A stretch of DNA of 64,000 nt from Narcine bancroftii. Lineage: Eukaryota. Both the position numbers and the translations under genes were made by a program. Positions 1-13,314 of the stretch are shown here, one piece after another. The stretch covers positions 147,002,001-147,066,000 of the forward strand of contig NC_091469.1 of NCBI RefSeq assembly GCF_036971445.1, written 5' to 3'. The first letter of the stretch is position 1. The number at the start of each line of letters is the position of its first letter. The notes below the pieces were generated by a model. It searched no databases. It was not told where the DNA came from and saw only the letters and a list, made by a program, of their open reading frames with translations.

Positions 1-204
1 AACTCTCAAACTTCTACAGGTGCAAGGTGGAGAGCATTCTGCCTGGTTGCATCACCGTCTGGTATGGAGCCTCTAACTCTCAGGACAAGCATAAACTCCA
101 GAGGGTTGATAACTCAGCCTGCGATATCACGGGCACCAGACTTCACTCCATCGAGGACATCTGCAAGAGGCAGGTGATTTAAAAAAGCAGCCTTTATCCT
201 CAAA

Positions 205-1942
205 TGGAATCCCCCCAGAAGTCTGGAAGGCTGGTGGCAAAACTCTGCATGCCAAACTGCATGAGTTTTTCAAGCTTTGTTGGGACCAAGGTAAACTGCC
301 TCAGGATCTTCGTGATGCCACCATCATCACCCTGTACAAAAACAAAGGCGAGAAATCAGACTGCTCAAACTACAGGGGAATCACGTTGCTCTCCATTGCA
401 GGCAAAATCTTCGCTAGGATTCTACTAAATAGAATAATACCTAGTGTCGCTGAGAATATTCTCCCAGAATCACAGTGCGGCTTTCGCGCAAACAGAGGAA
501 CCACTGACATGGTCTTTGCCCTCAGACAGCTCCAAGAAAAGTGCAGAGAACAAAACAAAGGACTCTACATCACCTTTGTTGACCTCACCAAAGCCTTCGA
601 CACCGTGAGCAGGAAAGGGCTTTGGCAAATACTAGAGCGCATCGGATGTCCCCCAAAGTTCCTCAACATGATTATCCAACTGCACGAAAACCAACAAGGT
701 CGGGTCAGATACAGCAATGAGCTCTCTGAACCCTTCTCCATTAACAATGGCGTGAAGCAAGGCTGTGTTCTCGCACCAACCCTCTTTTCAATCTTCTTCA
801 GCATGATGCTGAACCAAGCCATGAAAGACCCCAACAATGAAGACGCTGTTTACATCCGGTACCGCACGGATGGCAGTCTCTTCAATCTGAGGCGCCTGCA
901 AGCTCACACCAAGACACACGAGAAACTTGTCCGTGAACTACTCTTTGCAGATGATGCCGCTTTAGTTGCCCATTCAGAGCCAGCTCTTCAGCGCTTGACG
1001 TCCTGCTTTGCGGAAACTGCCAAAATGTTTGGCCTGGAAGTCAGCCTGAAGAAAACTGAGGTCCTCCATCAGCCAGCTCCCCACCATGACTACCAGCCCC
1101 CCCACATCTCCATCGGGCACACAAAACTCAAAACGGTCAACCAGTTTACCTATCTCGGCTGCACCATTTCATCAGATGCAAGGATCGACAATGAGATAGA
1201 CAACAGACTCGCCAAGGCAAATAGCGCCTTTGGAAGACTACACAAAAGAGTCTGGAAAAACAACCAACTGAAAAACCTCACAAAGATAAGCGTATACAGA
1301 GCCGTTGTCATACCCACACTCCTGTTCGGCTCCGAATCATGGGTCCTCTACCGGCACCACCTACGGCTCCTAGAACGCTTCCACCAGCGTTGTCTCCGCT
1401 CCATCCTCAACATCCATTGGAGCGCTCACACCCCTAACGTCGAGGTACTCGAGATGGCAGAGGTCGACAGCATCGAGTCCACGCTGCTGAAGATCCAGCT
1501 GCGCTGGATGGGTCACGTCTCCAGAATGGAGGACCATCGCCTTCCCAAGATCGTATTATATGGCGAGCTCTCCACTGGCCACCGTGACAGAGGTGCACCA
1601 AAGAAAAGGTACAAGGACTGCCTAAAGAAATCTCTTGGTGCCTGCCACATTGACCACCGCCAGTGGGCTGATAACGCCTCAAACCGTGCATCTTGGCGCC
1701 TCACAGTTTGGCGGGCAGCAGCCTCCTTTGAAGAAGACCGCAGAGCCCACCTCACTGACAAAAGGCAAAGGAGGAAAAACCCAACACCCAACCCCAACCA
1801 ACCAATTTTCCCTTGCAACCGCTGCAATCGTGTCTGCCTGTCCCGCATCCGACTGGTCAGCCACAAACGAGCCTGCAGCTGACGTGGACTTTTTACCCCC
1901 TCCATAAATCTTCGTCCGCGAAGCCAAGCCAAAGAGAAAGAG
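205..1942 (+). mobile_element. Young 5'-truncated RTE-clade LINE with 9-bp target-site duplication
   Basis: ATCCTCAAA at 196-204 and 1943-1951; open RT frame; short 3'UTR ending GCGAAGCCAAGCC plus A/G-rich tail. Confidence 0.95.
206..1882 (+). CDS. RTE reverse transcriptase and C-terminal zinc finger (endonuclease lost by 5' truncation)
   Basis: Stop-free from GIPPEVWK; motifs NYRGITLLS, QCGFR, FVDLTKAFD, GVKQGCVLAP, LLFADD, YLG, CNRCNRVC...H...C. Confidence 0.93.
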   Translation, partial: GIPPEVWKAGGKTLHAKLHEFFKLCWDQGKLPQDLRDATIITLYKNKGEKSDCSNYRGITLLSIAGKIFARILLNRIIPSVAENILPESQCGFRANRGTTDMVFALRQLQEKCREQNKGLYITFVDLTKAFDTVSRKGLWQILERIGCPPKFLNMIIQLHENQQGRVRYSNELSEPFSINNGVKQGCVLAPTLFSIFFSMMLNQAMKDPNNEDAVYIRYRTDGSLFNLRRLQAHTKTHEKLVRELLFADDAALVAHSEPALQRLTSCFAETAKMFGLEVSLKKTEVLHQPAPHHDYQPPHISIGHTKLKTVNQFTYLGCTISSDARIDNEIDNRLAKANSAFGRLHKRVWKNNQLKNLTKISVYRAVVIPTLLFGSESWVLYRHHLRLLERFHQRCLRSILNIHWSAHTPNVEVLEMAEVDSIESTLLKIQLRWMGHVSRMEDHRLPKIVLYGELSTGHRDRGAPKKRYKDCLKKSLGACHIDHRQWADNASNRASWRLTVWRAAASFEEDRRAHLTDKRQRRKNPTPNPNQPIFPCNRCNRVCLSRIRLVSHKRACS

Positions 1943-2309
1943 ATCCTCAAAGGCCCCCACTACCCAGGCTCTTCACTCTGCTGCCATCGGTACAGAAGCC
2001 TAAAGACGAGCACTCAGCGACACAAGGACAGCTTCTTCCCCGCTGCCGTCAGATTCCTGAATAATTAATCAACCAAAGACACAGCCTTACTTTTTATGCA
2101 GTATTATTTTTATAGTAATGTTGGAGGATGTTTGTGCTATGACGCTGCCACAAAACACCGAATTTCATGATTTGTTCGTGGCAATTCACTCTGATTCTGA
2201 ATACATTCATCTGACACAGATAAGAGAAAGGAATAAGGGAGGAAACAAATTTGTGTTTGCTTAGGCCAGGAAGGAAAGGGGAAGTTCATAATGCAGCATT
2301 ATTTTTTTT

Positions 2310-2490
2310 TTAAGTTTAGAGATTCAGAATGATATTTGACCCTCTGCTCAAATGCAGCCATGTGACCAATTAACCTTCTAACCCTGTTCATCTTTGGAAT
2401 GTGGGAGGAAGTCAGAGTCCTCGGACTAAACCCACGCAGACATGGGGAGAACGTTCAAAATCCTTACAGAATGCAGGTCGCTGGCGCTGA
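2310..2490 (-). mobile_element. tRNA-derived V-domain-type SINE
   Basis: Reverse complement of the GTAAGGA..TTG.ACGTTCTCCCC.TGTCTGCGTGGG core; further copies near 7040-7250, 12895-13130, 17545-17790, 22910-23115, 29660-29905, 31140-31380, 48225-48410, 50035-50270. Confidence 0.75.
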
Positions 2491-2894
2491 CATTCAAGGG
2501 AAAGGTGTAATCATTGTTTATGGCTGGTGGGGGTTTGCTTTAGCAGCAAGACCCTCAACCGCAAGGACATTACCGTAGGAAATGATACAGAGATGCTTGT
2601 GGGCAGGCAGTCTTGAGGAAACAAAGAGGCTGCAGAGAGACCGAGATAGATTCGGAGAATGGGCACAGATGTGGCATATTTTTAAAATGCGAAAATTTTA
2701 GGCATACGGCATGTTGCCCAATTATCCTCATATGTTGTAGAAGGGTGGGAGGAGACCAGAGCTTGCGGAGGAAACCTGCGCAGACGAGGGGACAAGGGGA
2801 GAACGAACAAACTTCCAACAAACAGCGCTGGGGTCAAACCTGGGGAAGTGGCGCTGTAACAGCACTGCACTGACGGCTGCGCTGTTCTTCCCAT

Positions 2895-4430
2895 GAAAGA
2901 AATACCATGTTAGAAAGTGTACCTTGGTAGGAGAAATAAAAGGGCAGAATATTATATGGATGGGGAGAAAATTCAAAATTCAGAGGTGCCAAGAGATCTG
3001 GGAATCCTCGTATAGGGTGCCCTAAAGGATAAATTTTTGATTTGAATCAGTGGCAAAGAAGTTGAATTCAGTGTTGGCCTTCATATATAGAGGAAAAAAG
3101 AGCAGATATATGATGTCTAGGCTTTATCAGGCCCTGGTGAAAATTCACTTGGAGTACAGGGTGTGGTTTTGGGCTCCTTACTTAAGAAATTATATTGGAG
3201 AAGTGCAGTTCAGACCGACTAAATTCCAAATTTCATTTGTGAAGGTCGCTTTGGCGGTAGCCAGGAAGTGTTTAGCAGTTTCATGGAAGTTCGACTCCCT
3301 GCTAAATACCACATGATGGAATAGGGAAATGCAGAGTTGTATTCCCCTGGAGAAAATCACATACAACCTGTGGAGGAAACATGACACATTCGGAGGAAAC
3401 ATGACACATTCGGTAGAGTAGGGCAACCTTTCTCAGAGAGATTGATTCCCCACTTTTAAATAGGGATAAGGTTAAATGATCCCAGTAAGGGCAGAGGTAT
3501 GATTACGGAACTATGACCTGGCGGAGACAACGAACCTGCCCTTTTCTTTTCAGGTCCTTAGTTTTCTTTCTCTTTTGAGTTTCTTTCTGTTCTTTTCAGT
3601 GTTTTCTTTTGAAAGGTGTTGCCATCATGATTTTTTTTCATTATAGGTCCTGATAAGGGGTCATGTGCCCTGTGGTGAGTGGGATCGAGATAAGTTTGTG
3701 GAATGTATTCGCTGTGGTGGGTAGTGGGGATGGGGGGGGGGGTGGGGAGGTGGGGGTTGGGTTGGGACAAATACGGACTTTGGGTATGCAGATGCACACG
3801 AATGGCTTTGTTTATTGGATTTTGTAAATCTGTGAAAACTAAGATAAAATATTACAAAAAAAAAGATCTACCGTCATGGGAGAGGGTTCACAGAACATTC
3901 ACAAGAATGATTCTTAGAATGAAGGGATTACGATATGAGGAACATTTGTTGGCTCTTGCACTGTACTCTGAAGAATTCATAAGAATGAGGGGGGACATCA
4001 TAGAAGTATTTTGAATAGAACATTGTGTCCCAGTACAGGCTCTTCAGCCCACGATGTTGTACTGACCTATTTAATAAAGGTAGATGCAGCAAAGTTGGTA
4101 GGGGAGTCGTGTACAAGAGGCCACAACTCCAATAGCAAAGGGGACCCATTTAAAGCAATGATGAGTAGGAATTTCTTTACCCAGAGAGTGGTGAAACTCT
4201 GGAGTTTGCCATCACAGGCAGCTACAGAGGCTATCACTGGATGTATTTATGGCAGAGATTGATAGGTATCGGAATTGTCAGGGAATACGAGTTATGGGGA
4301 GAAGCCAGGGAGGTGGGACTGAGAGGGAGAATGGATCAGTTCATGATGGAATGGTTATATATGGTTATATGGTGGAGCATACTCAATGGGCTGAATGGCC
4401 TACTTCAGTTCCTCTATTGTCTTATGGTCA
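2895..4430 (+). mobile_element. Decayed CR1 LINE 3' region interrupted by an L1 fragment
   Basis: LYQALVKIHLEYRVWFWAPYL, then ERVHRTFTRMI...MRGDIIEVF and RNFFTQRVVKLW; CR1-type 3' tail. Confidence 0.85.
3191..3863 (+). mobile_element. L1 3' fragment with poly(A)
   Basis: FVKVALAVARKCLAVSWK resembles the ORF2 end of the L1 at 61.4 kb; G-rich 3'UTR; A run near 3856-3864. Confidence 0.8.
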
Positions 4431-7400
4431 AAGATTGATCTCACCCAAGTTGTCTAGTCAGCAGATTGGCAAACTACCTTAACTTTCACATCCCCAACCA
4501 AAAATGCTTGTGGTTAAGTTTGTCACACATCTTAAGGAGTAGAAAGGGCATGAGTTAAGAGTAAAAAGTGAGATATTTAAAGGGGACAATAGGGGAGGGA
4601 ACTTCTTACCGTAAAGAGTGGTGGGAGTGTGGAACGAGCTGCCAGATGAAGTGCTGAATGCAGGCTCGATTATAACGTTGAAGAAAAATTTGGACAGGGT
4701 ACCTGGAATGGGGCATGGAGTGCTATGGTTGGGTACAGATCAATGGGACTCATCAGACTAATATTCAGCAAAAATTATTTGGATTGAAGGGCCTGTTTCT
4801 GTGCGAAAGTACGATAGGGTTTTTAGAAAAGGGAATAGTCTCACAGATGGATCTGTAAAACTGATTTGCACATGAGCTATTATTTTCTTTCTTAGCTAAA
4901 GCTAGTCAGGTACAAATAAAGTGGAAACTTTTCCCATTTGCCTTCCCGTATCTGATAATATATTGTAGATAGCGAGTGCAGATGATGGTGGCAACCTGAC
5001 CTGCTAAAACAAAAATACACTGCATCTTTAAAGTCGACAGTCTATTATGTGTTACATACAGCTGTTGATGGTTCTACCTTGAGCAGTCGAGAGGTCATGT
5101 CAGAACACCCACACTGAATCGTAATTAGTTAGAATGACGATGTGATTTATAATACATGTTGTGTGGTTATTTTGTTGGCTGTAGATTGTTTTTATGATTG
5201 AGATGTGAACTTTTTTACAAAGCTTCATCTTTTGTTTCTTGGAATAATGGATGTCCTTGACTGAGATCACTGTGTTCACCGCAGAAAACAAGGCTAATCA
5301 CATTCCTCAATGAGCTCATGGTTGTTCAGTGCCTGAATCCCCCCCCATCTGCCTTTTGCCTGTTACTTATTAATACCTTCAGACAACTAAATTTGGGAAT
5401 GACTGTTACCTCCTCTTGAATGATCTCCTGCCTTAGAGCTCAGTGGCAAGCGCATTGGCCTGTGACAGGAGGTTATGAGTTTTTCCCATTCCACACTGGA
5501 TTGCAAAGCCTTCGATGTTTTTTCCAGTGTAATGTCAGAGAAAAGATGCACCGACTCTCTTTGGTGGATTTCATAAAGCCCTGCTATTAGTCAATGGGCT
5601 GAATGGCCTAATTGTACTCCAAGCTTTATGGTCTAGCCTGAAGACTCCTCCCACCCTGCCTTCTCTCTTTGCTCTACCATCCCATCAGGAGGAATTGTGA
5701 GATCACACACCACCAAATTCAAAGGGCAGTTTATTCCTTGCTGTTATCAGAGTCCTGAATGAACCCCCAAATCCCCAAATCCTGTTGCCTTTGCTCCATA
5801 CTAACTGACCCCTCTCTATAGATCTGCATCTTTGTTCTTTTGTATTAGATCTTACTTGTACTGAGTATAAGATGTCTGCTCACTGAGAAACCTCTATCAC
5901 ATTTTGTTTAACTTATGGCAATACACTTGAACTTGAACAAGGCAGTGCCCAATATTTTGAATCAAGATTAAATAATCTGGTCACCTTCACATTATTGAGT
6001 TGGTGGACTTAACTGTAGATAATCTAAGTTTGACATTTCTAATTTAAATTGACTGAAAATCCTTGGCGATATCTGGAGATCATCCGAGGTACCTTTTTTC
6101 CTTTTGTTTCTCCTCTCTAAATTTCCTGTATCTGCCGGGCATGGCTGAAGTTCAGTGCTGTTCAACATGGTCCTCCACCTTTTCTTCTTCCCCTCCCTCC
6201 ATGAAAGAGTACACAATCATCGTACTTCCAGAAACTCAGCCTGGGGACACTGGAGGGTTTCTCGAGAGAGAGAAGTAAAGGCAGAGGTGTAGGCAAATAA
6301 AAAGCTGGAGGCTTGCTCAACAAGCTCGACTTTGAACAGCTGTGCGCAGTTTCACAACAGGATTCATGATCCCTCTCTGCACCACACATCTACAGAGGGT
6401 ACACCCATCCTCTGAGCAGGCGTAGGAAGATTCAAAGAGTGGAATGGGTGCATGCACATCTCTGCCACATTGAATCTTCATGTGTCCCTTTCCACCTGAA
6501 TGACTCAACCTTCTCAGGAATTCCAGTACGTCCCCAGCATGTCTTACCAAGGTTAATAGATGCCCCACAGAAAGTATCCTAACCAGATGCGACACAGGTT
6601 GGCACGATAACCACTGTGCCCAGAACCTCGGGGAATGGCAGAAGGGGGTTAACGCAGCTCAGTCCATCAAACAAAGCAGCTTCCACCTTGGAGGAACAAT
6701 ACACAAATGTGCTGGAGAAACCCAGCAGGTCGTGCGATATCCATAGGAAGTAAAGGGTCACCAACATTTCAGGCCTGAGAGGAAGTAAAGGCTATGAATG
6801 TTTCAGGCTTGATGTGGATGCTGCGTGACCTGCTGGGTTTCTCCAGGGCTTTTGAGATTTGTAGATTTTCTTGTTTAACTCCCCTCAATATGACCTTGAA
6901 AACACAAACCTTGAGATTCAAGAAGTTTTTTTTTGTTTTCCTGCTGCTATCAGACCCTTGACATCCATTAGCAAAGTATAATCCCCTTGTGCTATTTAAC
7001 TGTTCTTTTCTCTATAGCCTGCAGTTAGTCATAAAACATATTTTTTTAAATTTACAGATGGTAGAGCTCGATTCCTGTCATTTAAACCCCTGCCACACAA
7101 TTGCACCCAAATTAACCTGTACATTTTAGAGGGTGGGAGGAAATCAGAGCACCTGGAGGAAACCTATATAGACATGATTCTACTATCGTTTGATCCTTAC
7201 ATTCAGCAACGATTTCGAACCTGGGTCAGTGTCGCGCTAACCGATGCCTTGCAGTCTTTGACTTACCACAGCACTATATCGTGCACCCTTACAACAGGAA
7301 GCGTGGACTTGCCTGGTTAGTGTATCAAGAAAGCTTCTCACATGACAATGAACAATTTACTTCAACAATAAACAGGTGCAGTGTGTTTCCTGCATATTTA

Positions 7401-8759
7401 TTTCACTACATTTATTTGATACTCTTCCCTTTTAAATCTGCCAATTACATGCTGTAAACAGTTCCACATACCTTACAAGGAGATGCACTGTTCTATTTAA
7501 ATAGTGTGTTGCATTTTATCAAAATTGTCATCAAGTTCATCTTCTTGTAATTAAACATTTAACTTGCACTTAGAATTTCATTGTAAAGCTATTGAAATAA
7601 CTTGTTCTATTATCCAGGCAAATTAAAGAATACATTTCAATTCCTATCACATTATCCTTTTGTCATATCATCTGAAAGCAACGTTAATATCAATTAAAAG
7701 CTAGTATTCAAATTCGACACAGGTTCCAATCTTTGCAAAAAAAACCCAGAATATGCTGGAAGAATATGCAGGAGAGACAGAAATCGTGGAAAGGGAAACA
7801 GGGGCACAAAGAAAAATACAAACCTGGAGCTGAAACGGTAACTGCTTCTCTCTCCATGGATTCTGCCTGACCTGAGTTTTTTTTTCTGGTTTTATTTCAG
7901 ATTTCCTGCATCTGCAGTTTTAATTTTTTTTCCAAAACCGTATAACACTTTGCAACTCAATTAAATGGATTAAAAAATAAATACTAAAAAAAAAGGGGAT
8001 GGGGAGGGGAGGAAATCCCCAAAGGGAACCCCAAAGCTACTTTTGAAGGTTAAAAAGTAATGGTCAAAAATGAGAAGACATTTTTGTCCAGAGGGTATCC
8101 ATAAATTATAGTATGGGAAGAAGTTTATCTGTATTAGTGATATTTGCTGAAGGATGAATAGTGTTTTGAAGGCTGGAATCAAGGTTCTGATTTGAGTAAA
8201 AGAAACTCCTCTGCCAACTTCCCTGTTCTAACTTTAAACCATCCAAAAGTGGAAATATTGCATTTGCTTCATTACTGCACTTCATGGACTTCAAGTAATG
8301 TAACAGGAGTAATTGGCTCACCACATCCATGCTGATCTTTTTGCTGTTAAGGACTTTGCAATGTCTCAATTCTCTATGATTCTATTTCTTGAGGTGCTAT
8401 CGGAGTCTGTGGAGATCGACTATATTCAATCGCCCAGTTCAAATCACACCTCAAGCAGATATCAATTTGAAAGGTCATTAACTTTGGAAACCTCCAAGTT
8501 ATGCTCCACTTGGAGAATTGTGTGTGGTTCTGGTTCCCACACAATAGGAAGGATGTAATTATGCTGAAGAAGGGTCAGTAGTGATTCTCCATGATAGTAA
8601 AGTTCAAGTTTACCAACGAAAGAGTGTTCTCTGGTCCTCGGTGCAAAAACATACACAAACCATACATATGCTGTACGTATATACATATATAAAAGTAAAT
8701 AAATAGTGTTAAAGCAAATTAGAGTCTTGGAGAGTTTGAATGAGCAGTTCATCTGTTGT

Positions 8760-9670
8760 CAGATTTCAGATTTATTGTCAGAGTACGTCCATGACATCAC
8801 ATACAACCCTAAGATTCCTTTTTCCTGCGGGCGCAGCAGAATTGCCACAAATTGGTAGTGCAAAAAATAAACTGTATACAGTGTAAATATGCAAACAAAC
8901 AAAGAACTGTAAACAGATAACAAATGTAAACAAATTGACTGTGCAATGCAGAGAGAAGAAAATCAATAAAATGCACAAGTAAGAGTCCTAAAATGAGTCT
9001 CTGATTAAGTTTGTTATTGAGGAGTCTGATGGTGAAGGGGAGGCAGCTGTTCCTGAACCTGGTGGTGTGAGTCTTCCGGCACCCATACCTCTTTCCTGAT
9101 GGCAGCAGTGAGAACAGAGCGTGAGCTGGGTGGTAAGGGTCTTTGATGACTGCAGCTGTTCTCTGACAGCAGCGTTCCCTGCAGATGTACCTAGTAGTGG
9201 GGAAGGTTTTGCCTGTGATGTCCTGGGCTGTGTCCATTACCTTTTAGGGGGATTTATGCTCAGGGATATTGGTGTTTCCATACCAGACAGTACACTTTTC
9301 ACCACACCTCTGTAGAAATTTGCCAGGATTTCTGCTGTCAAACCGAATCTCTGCAAACTACTGAGGAAGTAGGGGCGCTGACGTGCTTTCTTCATGAAGC
9401 TATTGGTGCGTTTGGACCAGGAAAGATCCTCTGAGATGGTGACTCCCAAGAATTTATATTTGCTCACCCTCTCCACCTCTGATCTCCCATTGATCACTGG
9501 ATTGTACACCTCTGTTTTTCCTTTCCTGAAGTCAACTATCAGCTCCTTGGTTTCGGTGACACTGAGTGCAAGGTTCCCTATTCGGCCAAGTTTTCAGCCT
9601 CCCTCCTGTATGTTGACTCATCCCCTTCCATTATACCACACACAACTGTGGTATCATCGGTAAATATGTA
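8760..9670 (-). mobile_element. Rex1/Babar-type LINE 3' part
   Basis: INGRSEVERVSKYKFLGVTISEDLSWS and KDPYHPAHALFSLLPSGKRYG on the minus strand. Confidence 0.88.
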
Positions 9671-9979
9671 GATTGTCAGCAGTTCTCATTGCCCGTGGGA
9701 AGAAGCCTGGCAGTTTTGGCTCTGATACGCATGCCTGCATCGGAGGATTTTACTTGTAAGAAAAGATTGGAAATGCTGGCTGTGTTTTTACTTGAATGAA
9801 GGAGATTTCAGGAGACCCTGATAGAGATTGCATAAAATTATGAGAGGCAGGGATAGTTGTTAGTCAGAATCTCTTTCTTGTGGCAGTAACAAGAGCAAGA
9901 GTGATATTTAAGGTGAGAAGGAATGAAAGTGAAAGTGTTTCCATGCAGAACCTGGTTAATGTCCAGAATATGCAACCAG

Positions 9980-10179
9980 AGGAGGTGGCTCAATTACTGC
10001 ACCCGACTGACAACCAAGTTCCATTCTGACCGACCAGTCGCATCTCGAAATGGACATAAGCCAGAAATTCAGTGTATCCATTTCATCAATCATCAAATAC
10101 AACTTGGCCGTCAGCAAGGCTGGCTCTCGCGAGAGGTTGGCCACTAAGGGTAGCTATTGCGAGAGGTTGGCCACCTCTG
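9980..10179. mobile_element. hAT-type MITE remnant
   Basis: Ends GAGGTGGCTCAA ... GGTTGGCCACCTCTG; internal CTCTCGCGAGAGGTTG shared with the element near 47050. Confidence 0.5.
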
Positions 10180-10510
10180 CTATAGGCGCTATTTTCTATA
10201 GACAGGCCCCTACTTTCACCCAAAAAGCATAATTTTTATATTTATGTATTTTTTTTCTTTATTTAAAAAAATTATACAGTATTTTCTTTTCAATCATATG
10301 TACGGATGTTTGTAAGTCTCATCGGTTGTAAGTAAGGAACTACCTGTAGATGCAATCACAGCATTTAAGCGGCATTCAGACAGACCAGTGAACCGGCAAG
10401 ACTTAGAAAGATGGGGGTCTAACACAGGCAAATGGAATAAGCGCTGAAGGACACAACAATAGCATAGAGCAGGGGCAAAAGGAGCCATTACTGTGGTTTA
10501 AAACTCTGTA

Positions 10511-11182
10511 GGCTCTTTCAAGCTGCCACGTAAATGGGGTTAACTGGGCAATTTGCCTGTTAGCGCCCCACTCACGTGGCAGGTTGAAAAGGTCTGACCC
10601 GCTCAGGGTCGTCCCAATCCAATCGGGTCCCTGCCCTACCTCAGAGGTAGTCAGGGAACCCAGTAATACTCACCTAGGTCGCGTCCCCCTGCAGCTTCAA
10701 GCGAAAATGGCCGACCCGGTGGTTCCATTGACGTCAGCACTAATGCTGATGAAGTGCTTGCCACAATTGGGAGGGGAGAGGGCAGTCGCTGCCGTGGGGC
10801 CAGTGGGGGGAGGGGGTGCCACGACTAGCGGGATAGGCGTCACTGCTGCGGGGAACGGGAGAGGGGTCGGCCGCCGCGAGGGCAGAGGGGTCGGCTGCCG
10901 TGGGGGTAGAGGGTTTGGCTGCCGCGGGATGGGGGGGAGAGCACGATTGACAGTGGGAGGGAGACTGACAGCTGGTGGGGGGGGGGGGAAACAGGGGAGA
11001 CTAGTTTGCGTAACGCATCACTTACTGCGTCATCACGGGGGCAGGATCCCCCTTAAGTCGCCTGGTTGGTAATTTAATGGGTCAATCTGCCCTCAGCTTA
11101 AAAGTTCCTGGCAGCACCTTCGCTCCACTAAGCACACCTGGGTCCCAGGAGGGCTACCCAGGTGCTGCAGTTTGAAAACGTC
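10511..11182. mobile_element. Non-autonomous DNA transposon, PIF/Harbinger-like
   Basis: Imperfect terminal inverted repeats GGCTCTTTCAAGCTGC ... GCAGTTTGAAAACGTC; GC-rich interior with short repeats. Confidence 0.55.
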
Positions 11183-11699
11183 AATGATCAAGATCAGCCA
11201 ATTATATCTCAGATATGAACCCAGATTTTCCCTCCATTGATGTTGCCTGACCTGCTGAGTATCTCCAGTATTTAAAGCATACAATTTTATTGTCATGCAC
11301 ATTGTACAATTCATACTTGCTTTAGCTGAACAAATACTTCATAAAAAAGAGTAGATCATTTTAATTAAAAGGAGAAAGAAAATACATACAAAAGATGGAT
11401 AGATAATAAATATTCACAGTTACTGAGTGCAAGAAAAAAATACTTAGCCACAGTGCAGTCAGCTCATTTGTGGTGTTGGAACAGTCCATGCTAAGTGTAA
11501 CATGGGAGGTTCAAAAGCCGAATAGTCTGATTGCTTTTCATCCAAGTTTATGTTAATCTAAAATTCTCAATGTTAGCAATGGCAGACAAAACAAGACATT
11601 TTGTCTGGTCTGATTGTATCTGAAGATATAATCTCATGAACAGAAATGCCCAAACATGTTACTAGATTCAATGAAGTTTTAATTGATAACTTAAAAAAA

Positions 11700-12712
11700 T
11701 ATTGTGCTGACCAGAGCTGCTGTAACGGTTGCACTGCTGCTGGTGCGGACCTGGAGAGAGCAGGGAGGGGAGACACAGTGCTCCTCCACGGGGTCCAACC
11801 GCCCACTCAAACTGATGTCAGCTCCAATGGCCTGTAAAAGGAGCCAACGGTAATTTATTTTAAAATCCTGCCACCGCGAGGACTGGGCTCAAGATGTTGG
11901 CGCCGATCTACGGCAGTGGTATCATAGGGTTGCAGACTCTGGGGAAGCAGAGGGCTTGATCAGGGCGCCCGTAAACGGGGAGACCACCCACATATCCCCT
12001 CCCCCTCCATTTGAGAAGGAGAAGCAGAGGAGATGATCCCATGGGACAGTGACCACCGCAGCAGACCAGCGAAGGGCTCTGAGGTTGACGAACACACAGG
12101 CGGCGGACTGTTAGACACTCAAGGTGAGGAACCCACGCAGGCTGCTGGTGACTGAGGTCAAGGGACTCAGGCTGAGGACTGGCTCAAGAATGACTGAAGG
12201 GGGATCAGGAATCAGAAATGGGATGTGACAGGGTGCCGAGGGTGCTGGACCCTATCAGAGGTTTGGATCAGGACGGGTTGCCAATGGTTTGGATTGAAGT
12301 CTGTGTGCTGCGGAGGTAACCCACGACTCTGGGGAGACTTTCTTTCTGTTATTTCTCTGACTGTGTGGGGCACCGAGCAATATGTACTGATGGCAAATCT
12401 TTGCCGTTCGCTAAAGTAAATTTCATGCATGTCGCGCGTCAAATGACCGAAAGACTTGTTGACTCAAACCAAGGCTTTTAAGAGCAAAAGACTGGAGCGT
12501 AGTACATCGAGGTCGACCAGTCCAGACTGACCTGGGTCTGGTTATGAGCAGCCCTTTATGACCTGCCAGTGGGCGTGGCTATGTCTCTCAGCCAATCACT
12601 GCTATATGCAAATATATACAAATATATACATCGTTGATAGTATCCTGTTCTATCACAATGTAACATTACATTTTCTGTTTTAATATATGACAATAATAAT
12701 CTGGAATCTTGA
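11700..12712 (+). mobile_element. Non-coding retroposon with Rex1-type tail, carrying a solo LTR
   Basis: Colinear with 45100-45805 (+) and 13315-14070 (-): CAAGATG...GAGAAGCAGAGGAGATGA...; tail ATTTCATG...TGACAATAA. Confidence 0.7.
12430..12657 (-). mobile_element. Solo LTR (family A)
   Basis: TGT...ACA ends; homologous to 26008-26232; flanks ATGCA/ATGTA. Confidence 0.8.
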
Positions 12713-13314
12713 GTATTTCGGCACTAAATTGGTCAAGAAGAGTTTGTGTGCATTCTGTTCTCTCGTTCTCAGGATACGTATGTTGATTCATGCACTAAAT
12801 GAGATTTGACAGAAAAATAAACAGGACTCCAAAAGATGCTTATTTTGGAATTACAGATCTTCTGAACTGGCACAGAACTTAATTTTATTTTATTTTGAAA
12901 TTTAGACATGCAGCACAGTAACAGGCCATATAAATCCTCGAGTTCGTGCTGCCTGATTTACACCCAATTAACCTACAACCCCCGGTGTGTTCCGAACGGT
13001 GGGAGGAAACTGGATCCCCCGGTGAAAACCCGGGGAGAATGTACAAACTCTATGCAGACAGCGTGGGATTCGAACCCCAGTCCTGATCGCTGGCGCAGTA
13101 AAGGCATTGCGCTAACCGCTGCGCCAACCTGCTGCTTGTGTGAGATGTTATGATTCCAAACTCCCTTCTTCTCCTTGTCTCAAGGAAGGGAGCGTGAGCA
13201 GAAATATTTACTATAACAAGTTCGTCATTTGAGAGAAGGGCTAAATAAAACAATCTTCGTGCGCTTTATACAAGGAAAATCCATGTGAAAGTCCATAAAC
13301 TGTTTCGTGATTAA

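Larger units (their letters stand above)
1..2200 (+). mobile_element. Rex1/Babar-type LINE 3' fragment (1-204 and 1943-2200) split by an RTE insertion
   Basis: 5' part reads NFYRCKVESILPGCITVWYG, like the Rex1-type copy at 15.5 kb; resumes after the RTE and ends in a (CTGATT)n tail. Confidence 0.8.

Noticed and set aside
1434-2064. Overlapping and antisense ORFs repeated at 51309-51807
   Set aside because: Shadow frames of near-identical RTE copies, with no independent evidence
10126-10135. TCTCGCGAGA (BANP/Kaiso-type) promoter motif, also near 47054
   Set aside because: Both lie in homologous subterminal sequence of hAT-like MITEs
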